From Clostridia bacterium (GTDB lineage Bacteria; Bacillota; Clostridia; Oscillospirales; CAG-272), in the NCBI GenBank assembly GCA_017463485.1, contig JAFTPD010000002.1, positions 193,870 through 257,869 of the forward strand: a DNA stretch of 64,000 nucleotides, written 5' to 3'. The notes under the pieces are model-generated. The model was given only the letters and a program-made list of their open reading frames with translations. It was not told the origin of the DNA and did not search any database. The translations under genes were made by a program, and so were the position numbers. Positions 1 through 7,866 of this stretch are shown here, piece after piece. The first letter of the stretch is position 1. Each line of letters begins with the position of its first letter.

Positions 1-134
1 GAAGATGTGATTACTATATCGAGGCACTTACGCGCGAGAGAGAGCGGCTTTTTGAAGCGTTGCCTGCGAGAATGAGAATAAACAGCGTGCTGTCGGTGTC
101 CTCGGCACTCATACTTGCGGTGCTCTTGTGGTGA
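1..134 (+). CDS. spoIIIAB: Stage III sporulation protein AB, C-terminal fragment (5' end outside window)
   Basis: Frame 3 is open from the window edge to TGA at 132-134. The hydrophobic tail is ...SVLSVSSALILAVLLW. It sits directly upstream of spoIIIAC-AH in the conserved operon order. Confidence 0.55.
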   Translation, partial: RCDYYIEALTRERERLFEALPARMRINSVLSVSSALILAVLLW

Positions 135-143
135 GGCGTCTGT

Positions 144-338
144 ATGGATATAGGACTTATTATAAAGGTGGCAGGGGTGGGTATCCTGGTGTCGGTAGCG
201 GCGCAAATACTGTCTAAATCCGGAAGGGACGAGCAATCAATGCTCGTAACACTTGCGGGAATTGTGGTGGTACTGTTGTTGCTCGTGGAGGAGATCGCCG
301 AGCTTTTTGACCTTATCTGCACCGTGTTCGGATTTTAA
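144..338 (+). CDS. spoIIIAC: Stage III sporulation protein AC
   Basis: 64-aa two-TM protein MDIGLIIKVAGVGILVSVAAQILSKSGRDEQ..., typical of SpoIIIAC. Position in the operon fits. Confidence 0.9.
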   Translation: MDIGLIIKVAGVGILVSVAAQILSKSGRDEQSMLVTLAGIVVVLLLLVEEIAELFDLICTVFGF

Positions 339-340
339 AT

Positions 341-745
341 ATGGACGTATTCAAGATAGGCGCACTCTGCCTTGTATCCCTATCAGCGGTTATAATTTTA
401 CGTGGACTCAAGCCTGAATGGGCGACGCTTTTGAGGATAGCGGCTGTGCTAATCATCTTTGCCGCCACGCTTCCAATGCTTGCTACAGTCATTGGATATT
501 TACGCGAGATAGCCGAGGGCGGCGGTGCTGAGCTGATAGACTCTGTATCTCTTGAAATTCTTTTCAAAGCGTTGAGCATAGCCCTTTTGACACATTTCTG
601 CGCTTCAGTTTGTCGCGACGCGGGCGAGGGAGGACTTGCCACTTTGGCAGAAATGGCAGGGAAGCTCGAGATACTGCTGTTATCTTTTCCTCTTATAAAG
701 GAAATATTGGAAGCCGTGCTATCCTTATTAAAGCTTGAGGTTTAG
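341..745 (+). CDS. spoIIIAD: Stage III sporulation protein AD
   Basis: 134-aa polytopic membrane protein starting 2 nt after the spoIIIAC stop. Resembles SpoIIIAD in sequence and operon order. Confidence 0.88.
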   Translation: MDVFKIGALCLVSLSAVIILRGLKPEWATLLRIAAVLIIFAATLPMLATVIGYLREIAEGGGAELIDSVSLEILFKALSIALLTHFCASVCRDAGEGGLATLAEMAGKLEILLLSFPLIKEILEAVLSLLKLEV

Positions 746-751
746 AAATTT

Positions 752-1888
752 ATGCGAAAATTCGGGTTGTTTATCATATTTCTTGCGGCAATTTCAATGC
801 TGACACTTATTTGTGCTTCTGCGGAGGACGAGCCCGTTACCATGCCACCCGAATACAGCGGTTTTCTGTCCGAAATACCGCAGGATATTGCAAAGCTTTT
901 ACCGGACGGGCTGTTTTCCGACGATCTGACTTCGGTTTACAACGCATCACGGGAGCTGACGGACGTCGAATACCTGTTTGGTGCAATTCTATCGGCGGCG
1001 GGCGTGTGCTTAAAGGAATGTGCCGGAGTCCTTCTGACCTTACTTGCCGTGACATTTGCAGGAGTTGTGCTAAATAACGTAGGAAAATCCTTAAATCCCG
1101 CCGCTTCGACGGCCCTTGGATTTTGCATAAAGCTGGTGCTTTTTTCGATCATAGCAGGCTGTGCAACGATCATAGTGGGTGACGTAGAGGCATATTTTGA
1201 CCGCCTGACAGGTCTTACCTCGGCAGTAGTGCCCATAATGGGCGTACTCTACGCCTTGGGTGGTAATCTGACGTCTGCCGCCGTCAATAGTGAGATTATG
1301 GCGGTGTTCTTATCGGTATGTCAATATATAAACGCGTCAACTATACTTCCCGTGTTCAGCCTTCTGCTTGCCTTCGGACTGATGAGTGCACTGTCGGGGA
1401 CACTGCGCCTTAATGTGATATCGGATATGATAAAAAAATGGTACGTTTCGTTTTTGGGACTTGTAATGACGGTATTGGGAATTGCCATGGGACTTCAATC
1501 TGCCTTGGCAGTAAAGGCAGACGGCGTTTCAATGAAGGGCTTGAAATATGTCATATCAAACGCGATACCCGTAGTCGGCGGTGCAATATCAGGCTCCGTG
1601 TCAACACTTGCAGCAGGTGTCGGGCTTATGCGCACTACCTTTGGAATAAGTGCCATGGTCATACTGATACTCATGCTTTTGCCTATACTCGTAAGGCTTA
1701 TTTTATACAAGCAGGTCTTTTTGATAGCCGCGGCTCTTTCGGATATTATCAGCGATGGGGGAGAGGGAAGACTGCTTCGCGATATTGCGGGTATGTACGG
1801 CTTTTTGTTGGCGGCGGCAAGTATAGCGTCTGTGATACTGATCCTCGCGCTGTCATTGTTTTCGGGAACGGCGGTTGCGTACACTTAA
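752..1888 (+). CDS. spoIIIAE: Stage III sporulation protein AE
   Basis: 378-aa protein with a signal-like N-terminus followed by multiple TM segments. Occupies the conserved position after spoIIIAD. Confidence 0.88.
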   Translation: MRKFGLFIIFLAAISMLTLICASAEDEPVTMPPEYSGFLSEIPQDIAKLLPDGLFSDDLTSVYNASRELTDVEYLFGAILSAAGVCLKECAGVLLTLLAVTFAGVVLNNVGKSLNPAASTALGFCIKLVLFSIIAGCATIIVGDVEAYFDRLTGLTSAVVPIMGVLYALGGNLTSAAVNSEIMAVFLSVCQYINASTILPVFSLLLAFGLMSALSGTLRLNVISDMIKKWYVSFLGLVMTVLGIAMGLQSALAVKADGVSMKGLKYVISNAIPVVGGAISGSVSTLAAGVGLMRTTFGISAMVILILMLLPILVRLILYKQVFLIAAALSDIISDGGEGRLLRDIAGMYGFLLAAASIASVILILALSLFSGTAVAYT

Positions 1889-1897
1889 AGGAAATTT

Positions 1898-2386
1898 ATG
1901 GAAAATATTAACAAATACATATATTCACTGATACTGACCGCGTTTATTGCGGTGGTAGTTGAGCTTATAAGTCCCGCGGGAGACGGCGGAGGTGTTGGCA
2001 AGCACGTAAATATGATTTGCGGACTTTGTATAGCTGTCGCCTTGATAAATCCCTTGAAGGATGGCGCGCAGTGGCTTGTGGAGCTTGCGCGTGACGGTAT
2101 AGAGGGTATTGTGGAAACCTCCGAGATGCCAAGCGCTGAACAGTACGGCGATGCCTTTGCAGAACAGATATATACCGTCAGCGATTCGGAAATAAAAAGG
2201 CTGCTGTGCGAGAAATTTGCTATATCTGAAAATGATATTGAGATACACAGCACATTTAACGAGGAGTATAGACCCATGCGGATAACCGTACTGCTCAGCG
2301 GTCAGGCGGTATTTAAAGATCCACATAAAATAACGGATTATCTGTCGGGCGCTTTCGGTTGTGAGGCGGTGGTTGCAATAACGTAA
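1898..2386 (+). CDS. spoIIIAF: Stage III sporulation protein AF
   Basis: 162 aa with two N-terminal TM helices and a soluble C-terminal domain. RBS aaagga lies upstream. Operon order fits. Confidence 0.8.
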   Translation: MENINKYIYSLILTAFIAVVVELISPAGDGGGVGKHVNMICGLCIAVALINPLKDGAQWLVELARDGIEGIVETSEMPSAEQYGDAFAEQIYTVSDSEIKRLLCEKFAISENDIEIHSTFNEEYRPMRITVLLSGQAVFKDPHKITDYLSGAFGCEAVVAIT

Positions 2387-2401
2387 GACAAGGAGGTAGT
2401 T

Positions 2402-2923
2402 ATGAACGAGGAAAACGGCAACGGCGGAAAATCAAATTGGAAAGGAGGTAAAATTTTTATCGCTCTGATAGGAGGACTACTGGGAATATTTTTACTCGTA
2501 AGCGGCGGCAGATCGGACACCAAGGACTCGGACAAGACGGCGGAGGACAGCGGCGGTTTCGAGCAAAGGCTTACTATGGAAGAATATCGGGCGGCAATAG
2601 AGGCACGTGTGTGCGCGATCTCTGCACAGGTGGCGGGGGTTGGAGAAGCTGTTGCAATCGTGAGCCTTGAGGGCGGATTTGAGTACGTGTATGCCACAGA
2701 TGTCAAGGTGTCAAGTGCGGGAGAGTCTATGCAATATATAGTGATAGGTTCGGGCTCGGACGAATCACTCGTGTATCTCACCGAGAAGGTTCCAAAGATC
2801 TGCGGTATAGGCGTGGTATGCGACGGGGGTGATGACGCGCGAATAAAAAGGGAGCTTACGTACCTTTTGTCGGCGGCGTTTGAGGTGCCGACCAATAAAA
2901 TCTACGTTACTCGCAAAAAATAG
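2402..2923 (+). CDS. spoIIIAG: Stage III sporulation protein AG
   Basis: 173 aa with a single N-terminal TM and a C-terminal ring-building-type domain. Strong RBS aaggagg. Operon order fits. Confidence 0.8.
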   Translation: MNEENGNGGKSNWKGGKIFIALIGGLLGIFLLVSGGRSDTKDSDKTAEDSGGFEQRLTMEEYRAAIEARVCAISAQVAGVGEAVAIVSLEGGFEYVYATDVKVSSAGESMQYIVIGSGSDESLVYLTEKVPKICGIGVVCDGGDDARIKRELTYLLSAAFEVPTNKIYVTRKK

Positions 2924-2983
2924 TAATATTTAGGAAAATGCCACCATAGAATGTGGTGTAACAAAATTATGCGGAGGGATGAT

Positions 2984-3592
2984 ATGAACAAGAATAACGT
3001 TTTGGAATCAGTAAAGCAGTTTATTGACAAGATCGGCAAGCGAAACATGATAATTGCCGGCGCAGTGCTGATGATAGGTCTTGCAGTGACGCTCAACTGG
3101 GTATTTTTTGCACAGGACAGTGCAGATGACGGATTTAGCTATGATGCGAGCGCAGGAATGTCAACTAACTACGGTACAACGCTGGGCACCGGCGCTGTGG
3201 GCAACGAGGTAACTACCCAGGAAGCAAGCACAAGCAGTGTAGACAGCTATTTTTCGTCCGTTGAGGTAAGCCGTCAGCGTGCGCGCGACGAGGCTCTTGA
3301 GGTACTTAACGCAGTGGTAGAAAACGACAAGGCAGACGAAGAGGTAAAGGCAGAGGCACTCAAGGAGATTGCGGTAATCGCGAAAGAAATGTCCGACGAA
3401 TCCAACATAGAATCGCTGCTCATGAGCAAGGGCTTTGAAATGTGCGTAGCAGTAATCAACGGCGACAGCGCAAATATCGTGGTTAAAAATGACGGACCGC
3501 TCCAGAGCGCACAGCTTGCACAGATCAACGCAGTTGTATACGAGCAGACGGGAATTGAGCCGCTTAACATTACGATAGTGCAAAAGGGTTAA
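2984..3592 (+). CDS. spoIIIAH: Stage III sporulation protein AH
   Basis: ORF 2951-3592. I prefer the ATG at 2984, which is preceded by gcggaggg. One TM is followed by ...SYFSSVEVSRQRARDEALEVL..., typical of SpoIIIAH. Last gene of the operon. Confidence 0.8.
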   Translation: MNKNNVLESVKQFIDKIGKRNMIIAGAVLMIGLAVTLNWVFFAQDSADDGFSYDASAGMSTNYGTTLGTGAVGNEVTTQEASTSSVDSYFSSVEVSRQRARDEALEVLNAVVENDKADEEVKAEALKEIAVIAKEMSDESNIESLLMSKGFEMCVAVINGDSANIVVKNDGPLQSAQLAQINAVVYEQTGIEPLNITIVQKG

Positions 3593-3596
3593 AGCA

Positions 3597-3629
3597 AAAA
3601 ACCGCAAGTCATAACGGCTTGCGGTTTTT
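3597..3629 (+). terminator. Rho-independent terminator of the spoIIIA operon
   Basis: Arms accgcaag (3601-3608) and cttgcggt (3618-3625), then T5 at 3625-3629. Lies 5 nt after the spoIIIAH stop. Confidence 0.8.
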
Positions 3630-3917
3630 CAACGCGTGATTGTCGATAGAGAATAAGAATAAGCCTCCTAAAACGCCCAGATCCCTTTTCGCAGGGAAAC
3701 ATAGACTCAATTATACAAAATCAAAATTTTGTATAATTGAGGGGAGTGAAAAATGCGGATTTAGGCGGTTTTAGCCGTATTAGCCTCTCGGAGGCTGTCT
3801 TGGGTACTTTGGCGCTTTTTTGCCTTTATATCCTATTCGCACAAAGCTTCATAATTATTATTGTTTAATTCAACGAGATATTTTTTTCTTAAATGCCTTT
3901 CTTTTTGTTTGATTTTG

Positions 3918-3926
3918 TGTTATAAT
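3918..3926 (+). promoter_or_regulatory. Extended -10 promoter element (TGtTATAAT) for orf 3957-4385
   Basis: tgttataat at 3918-3926, about 30 nt upstream of the RBS ggagg and the ATG at 3957. There is no good -35. Confidence 0.45.
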
Positions 3927-3956
3927 GGTATCAACAAAATTATTGGAGGCATTATT

Positions 3957-4385
3957 ATGGCTATCAAAATGCGTGTTCTTTACAATTCCAAGAAAAAAGG
4001 TATGGCGCAGTTCGCTGATGCTGTCAGAAACGAATACGAGCTTCCCGTCAATGCTGTGGACGGAAATTTCCCGCCCGCATATCCCTGTGATAAGGAGCGT
4101 ATCGTAATTCTCGGCGTTTCCGCTAAATCCACCGTAGCTGATAATTTCCGTTTGTTCTGCTGTGAGCTTAACAAGTCCCGTGCGGCTAACGTTGCTCTCG
4201 TTGTTGACGGCGATCAGGCTGTTGCCGACAAGATCTCCGAGTACATAACCTCTGCAGAAACAAACCTGGTCGGCGTTAAGCTTATCAACCTCGGTGGCTT
4301 CGGTCCTTTCGGCGGTACTCTCACTGACGACCTTCAGGCTGAGCTTCTTGCTTGGGTCAAGGATATGGTCGCTAACTGCAAATAA
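3957..4385 (+). CDS. Hypothetical protein, 142 aa, with a flavodoxin-like alternating beta/alpha pattern but no recognisable FMN loop
   Basis: ORF 3861-4385. The ATG at 3957 follows ttggaggc. It is monocistronic, with its own -10 and terminator. I recognised no family motif. Confidence 0.6.
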   Translation: MAIKMRVLYNSKKKGMAQFADAVRNEYELPVNAVDGNFPPAYPCDKERIVILGVSAKSTVADNFRLFCCELNKSRAANVALVVDGDQAVADKISEYITSAETNLVGVKLINLGGFGPFGGTLTDDLQAELLAWVKDMVANCK

Positions 4386-4394
4386 TCAAACTTT

Positions 4395-4431
4395 ACAACC
4401 CTTGGGATTTCCCAAGGGTTGTTCATTTTTT
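4395..4431. terminator. Terminator hairpin between convergent orf3957 and cotJC
   Basis: Arms acaacccttggg (4395-4406) and cccaagggttgt (4411-4422), then T6 at 4426-4431 on the + strand. cotJC ends at 4433 on the other strand. Confidence 0.75.
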
Positions 4432-4432
4432 G

Positions 4433-5044
4433 TTAATTTTTGCCTTTTTTCATGTCAAAAGCGGGATTGAATGCGTAGAAGTTCTTTTTGTCCAGCTCGT
4501 CAGCAGTTATACGCAGTGCGTCCGAGAATCTCTGATAGTGTACCAGCTCCCTCTCGCGCAGATATTTTATAGGATCACGCACATCGGGATCATCAGTAAG
4601 TCGCAGAATATTATCGTAAGTGACACGCGCTTTTTGCTCGGCAGCAAGATCCTCGTTAAGGTCTGCGATAACGTCGCCCTTAACACCGATATATTTCATA
4701 TCGGTAGGAACACCCGACGCCGCAACGGGATAAATTCCTGTGGTATGGTCAACAAAATAGGTTGCAAATCCGCTGTCGTTTATCTCCTTTTCGGAGAGAT
4801 TGCGTGTAAGCTGATACAGAATAGCCGCTACCATTTCAAGGTGCGCAAGCTCTTCCGTGCCGATATCTGTAAGCAGTCCCGCAACCTTCTTGTTCGGCAT
4901 CGAGTAACGCTGATTGAGATACCGCATTGATGCGGCAAGCTCACCATCGGGTCCTCCAAGCTGTGATATTATGATCTGTGCCAGCTTGGGATTGGGATTT
5001 TTGATCTTTACGGGATATTGAAGCTTTTTTTCATACGCCCACAT
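4433..5044 (-). CDS. cotJC: Spore coat protein CotJC (manganese-catalase family)
   Basis: 203 aa, MWAYEKKLQYPVKIKNPNPKLAQIIISQLGGPDGELAASMRYLNQRY..., typical of CotJC. RBS aaggagga. Follows cotJA-cotJB. Confidence 0.92.
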   Translation of the reverse strand: MWAYEKKLQYPVKIKNPNPKLAQIIISQLGGPDGELAASMRYLNQRYSMPNKKVAGLLTDIGTEELAHLEMVAAILYQLTRNLSEKEINDSGFATYFVDHTTGIYPVAASGVPTDMKYIGVKGDVIADLNEDLAAEQKARVTYDNILRLTDDPDVRDPIKYLRERELVHYQRFSDALRITADELDKKNFYAFNPAFDMKKGKN

Positions 5045-5059
5045 ATCTTTTCCTCCTTA

Positions 5060-5512
5060 TCAGTTTGCACCGTATTCCCACGGGAGTGTACCTTTTACCC
5101 AATCCCATGAGGTGGTGCTTTTGTTGCCGAGAATACCGATAGGTCCGCACTGACGCTCGTACTCATCAGCCAGCTCTTTTCTTTGAGCTACCAGATGATT
5201 ATACATGCTCAGCGCCTCCTCACAATGAGGATAAGCGTCAAGATACAGCACTAACTCGTATATCGAAAAATCCAATTTCTGCAAGTTGTAGCGAAGCTGC
5301 TCACAGCCGTTCTGACAGCCGCAGTCGGTCGAATTATTAGGCAGATCGCTTCGAGTTGAGCGCGTGTCGGAATATCTGCGAGCGGCGCATCTGTTCTGCT
5401 CGCAAAGCGGGCATGAGCCTCTCTGATCCATACGGCTTCTGTTGTCCGTATAGCCTCTGCTATCCGCGCGGCTTCTGTTATCCATGCGTGTTCTGTTGTA
5501 ATCGTTCATCAT
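5060..5512 (-). CDS. cotJB: Spore coat protein CotJB with a lineage-specific N-terminal extension
   Basis: The C-terminal half, LQKLDFSIYELVLYLDAYPHCEEALSMYNHLVAQRKELADEYERQCGPI, matches the CotJB family. The start overlaps the cotJA stop (ATGA). Confidence 0.85.
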   Translation of the reverse strand: MMNDYNRTRMDNRSRADSRGYTDNRSRMDQRGSCPLCEQNRCAARRYSDTRSTRSDLPNNSTDCGCQNGCEQLRYNLQKLDFSIYELVLYLDAYPHCEEALSMYNHLVAQRKELADEYERQCGPIGILGNKSTTSWDWVKGTLPWEYGAN

Positions 5513-5766
5513 ACGCAGTTTCCTCTCCTTCCGGCTTCAAACGGCAGATACAGCTCCTTAAAGAGCGTTCCGTGATTTAATGCCTCGTTAATGTCGTAGA
5601 GTTCTCTGAATTTCTGGCAGGGCGAATAAACCATAGCAAGAGGATAGTCGCGGAGACCGAGGCTTTCCTCACTGCAATCGCAAAGCGTTCTTCCGGAGCA
5701 CTCTCCCCTTCCAATACCCGTTACGTCGCCACAAGCGCAGTGGTCGGGAGTTTGATTCGTATACAT
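5509..5766 (-). CDS. cotJA: Spore coat-associated protein CotJA
   Basis: 85 aa with ...YPLAMVYSPCQKFRELYDINEALNHGTLFKELYLPF, typical of CotJA. RBS gaaaggagaa. Confidence 0.85.
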   Translation of the reverse strand: MYTNQTPDHCACGDVTGIGRGECSGRTLCDCSEESLGLRDYPLAMVYSPCQKFRELYDINEALNHGTLFKELYLPFEAGRRGNCV

Positions 5767-5781
5767 AAATTTCTCCTTTCA

Positions 5782-5808
5782 TAAAAGGGCCGCGCAGACG
5801 CGCGCGGC
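5782..5808 (-). other. GC-rich hairpin with a U-tract, 20 nt upstream of the cotJA RBS (second terminator or 5' stem-loop)
   Basis: On the minus strand, gccgcgc...gcgcggc is followed by ccuuuuau. It sits between a CATACAtT sigma-E-like -10 (5816-5823) and cotJA. Confidence 0.4.
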
Positions 5809-5844
5809 TAATATCAATGTATGCGAAAATTGTCGAAAGCGCTA

Positions 5845-5875
5845 CAAAAAGCGGCTGTCCATGTTGGACAGCCGC
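5845..5875 (-). terminator. Rho-independent terminator of the transketolase operon
   Basis: Arms gcggctgtcca (5851-5861) and tggacagccgc (5865-5875). On the minus strand they are followed by T5 (complement of 5846-5850). Lies 20 nt after the tkt stop. Confidence 0.8.
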
Positions 5876-5895
5876 TTGAGCGGTGATTAATATGA

Positions 5896-6846
5896 TTATT
5901 TGAGTGCAATAGCCTTGCGTACCTTATCGGCGATATTGTCGGCAGTAAGTCCGTAAGCCTCAAGCAGAGGCGGAACCTTGCCCGAGCGTCCGAAGGTATC
6001 CTCAACACCAACGCGAAGCACCGGTACGGGACAACACTCGGCAACCACCTCGGCAACCGCAGAGCCAAGTCCGCCAATGAAATTATGCTCCTCGGCGGTA
6101 ACGATAGCACCCGTTTCGCGAGCGGCGGCAGAAATGATATCCGCGTCGAGAGGCTTAATCGTGTGGATATTGACAACACGCACGGAAATGCCCACAGCCG
6201 CAAGCTTTTCTGCAGCTTCAAGAGCAAGAGATACCATCATACCCGTAGCGACAACAGTAACGTCCTTTCCGTCGCGCATAAGCTCACCGTGGCCAAGCTC
6301 AAACTTGTATCCTTCGGGATCATGAATTACGGGAACTGCATATCTTCCAAAGCGCAGGTAGAAGGGCCCGTCTGTTTCGAGAGCAGCCTTCAGTGCCGCC
6401 GCAGCTTCAACAGCGTCAGAGGGGTTTACAACGGTCATCCCTGGGATAACGCGCATCAGCGCGAGATCCTCAAGACACTGATGAGTTGCGCCGTCCTCAC
6501 CGACGGTGATACCCGCGTGTGTAGCCGCGATCTTTACGTTAAGATGAGGATATGCTACACTGTTGCGTATCTGCTCGAAGGCTCTGCCTGCGGCAAACAT
6601 AGCGAATGAGGATGCGAAAACAGGCTTTCCTGCCGCCGCAAGTCCTGCCGCAACGCCTATCATATTGCTCTCGGCGATACCGCAATCGAAAAATCTGTCG
6701 GGAAATGCTTTTTTAAAATAAACTGTCTTGGTAGCCTCCGCAAGGTCAGCGTCAAGCACAACGAAATCGTGTTCTGCTCCAAGCTCAGCAAGAACCTTGC
6801 CGTATGCCTCGCGTGTAGCGATTTTTTCTCCGTATTTGAATTCCAT
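5896..6846 (-). CDS. tkt: Transketolase, C-terminal subunit (pyrimidine-binding and C-terminal domains)
   Basis: 316 aa, MEFKYGEKIATREAYGKVLAELG...FFDCGIAESNMIGVAAGLA... Follows the N-terminal subunit gene (split tkt). Confidence 0.92.
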   Translation of the reverse strand: MEFKYGEKIATREAYGKVLAELGAEHDFVVLDADLAEATKTVYFKKAFPDRFFDCGIAESNMIGVAAGLAAAGKPVFASSFAMFAAGRAFEQIRNSVAYPHLNVKIAATHAGITVGEDGATHQCLEDLALMRVIPGMTVVNPSDAVEAAAALKAALETDGPFYLRFGRYAVPVIHDPEGYKFELGHGELMRDGKDVTVVATGMMVSLALEAAEKLAAVGISVRVVNIHTIKPLDADIISAAARETGAIVTAEEHNFIGGLGSAVAEVVAECCPVPVLRVGVEDTFGRSGKVPPLLEAYGLTADNIADKVRKAIALK

Positions 6847-6858
6847 AGCTCTACCTCC

Positions 6859-7695
6859 TTACATCTGCGCCTTGAGCTCTTCGACAGCAACGGCGTACTG
6901 CTCGGCATTAGGTGCGCTTCCGTGCCATTTTACCTGATTTTCCATAAAGGAAACGCCTTTACCCTTAACGGATTGCGCAATAATTACCGTAGGCTTGCCC
7001 GAGGCGTTCTCTGCCGCAGTGAAAGCGGCATCTATCTCGGAAAAATCGTGAGCGTCAATAGACAGCACGTTAAATCCAAAGGACTCGAATTTGGTATCAA
7101 AGGGCGCGGGATTTACTATATCCGCGATAGGACCGTCGATCTGCAAGCCGTTCCAATCAAGGATGACGCAAAGGTTATCAAGACCGTAGCGAGCGGCAAA
7201 CATTGCCGCCTCCCAGATCTCGCCCTCCTCGGATTCGCCGTCGCCGACTATACAGTAAACGCGGTAATCCTTTTTGTCAAGCTTGGCGGCAAGAGCCATT
7301 CCGCAAGCGGCGGAGATTCCCTGACCGAGAGAGCCGGTGGTCATGTCGACACCGGGGATCTTTTTGAGGTCGGGATGACCCTGCAGAATAGAATCTGCCT
7401 GACGGAGAGTTTTTAAGGTTTCGAAAGGAAAATATCCTTTAAGCGCAAGAGTAGCGTAAAGAGCGGGAGCGGCGTGTCCCTTAGATAGCACGAATCTGTC
7501 CCGATTTTCATCCTTGGGATTTTCGGGAGAGACGTTCATTTTGTAAAAATAAAGATATGACATGATATCCGCAATGGACAGCGATCCTCCCGGATGTCCA
7601 GAAGAAGCCGCATGAGTTGCTTCAATGATACCCAGCCTTATCATAGCCGCATTGTGCTTGAGCATACCGATATCAAGATTTTTTTGGTTGTTCAT
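6859..7695 (-). CDS. tkt: Transketolase, N-terminal (TPP-binding) subunit
   Basis: ORF 6859-7749. The ATG at 7695 follows aggaaag. Motifs ...SSGHPGGSLS..., ...GDGESEEGEIWEA... and HGSAPN. Confidence 0.92.
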   Translation of the reverse strand: MNNQKNLDIGMLKHNAAMIRLGIIEATHAASSGHPGGSLSIADIMSYLYFYKMNVSPENPKDENRDRFVLSKGHAAPALYATLALKGYFPFETLKTLRQADSILQGHPDLKKIPGVDMTTGSLGQGISAACGMALAAKLDKKDYRVYCIVGDGESEEGEIWEAAMFAARYGLDNLCVILDWNGLQIDGPIADIVNPAPFDTKFESFGFNVLSIDAHDFSEIDAAFTAAENASGKPTVIIAQSVKGKGVSFMENQVKWHGSAPNAEQYAVAVEELKAQM

Positions 7696-7803
7696 GATAC
7701 AAACTTTCCTTTCGCATGGTGTAATACAACAGTATAGGTAATTATACACTTTTTTCGCCCACTTGTCAAGGCTTGGACATCATTTTTTATATTTTACCCG
7801 TTC

Positions 7804-7832
7804 TTGACAAAACGCAGCCTTTGGTTTATAAT
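7804..7832 (+). promoter_or_regulatory. Sigma-A-type promoter of nth
   Basis: TTGACA (7804-7809), 17-nt spacer, TATAAT (7827-7832). Confidence 0.6.
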
Positions 7833-7866
7833 AGAACGGTAAATAACGTGATAACGGAGATTGAAA

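Noticed and set aside
3861-3956. Upstream ATG extensions of several ORFs in the track: 3861, 2951, 7749, 8803, 11045, 14213, 19562, 20808, 31867, 33956, 35232, 41716, 42010, 42722, 50978, 53577 and 56498.
   Set aside because: In each case a downstream start has a Shine-Dalgarno sequence at proper spacing and matches the conserved family N-terminus. The extension overlaps the preceding gene, a promoter or a terminator.
5814-6227. 137-aa minus-strand ORF and other 60-175-aa ORFs overlapping the transketolase genes in alternative frames.
   Set aside because: They lie entirely inside well-supported coding sequence in other frames, have no RBS, and their composition (Leu/Ser/Arg/Pro-rich) is typical of off-frame translation.
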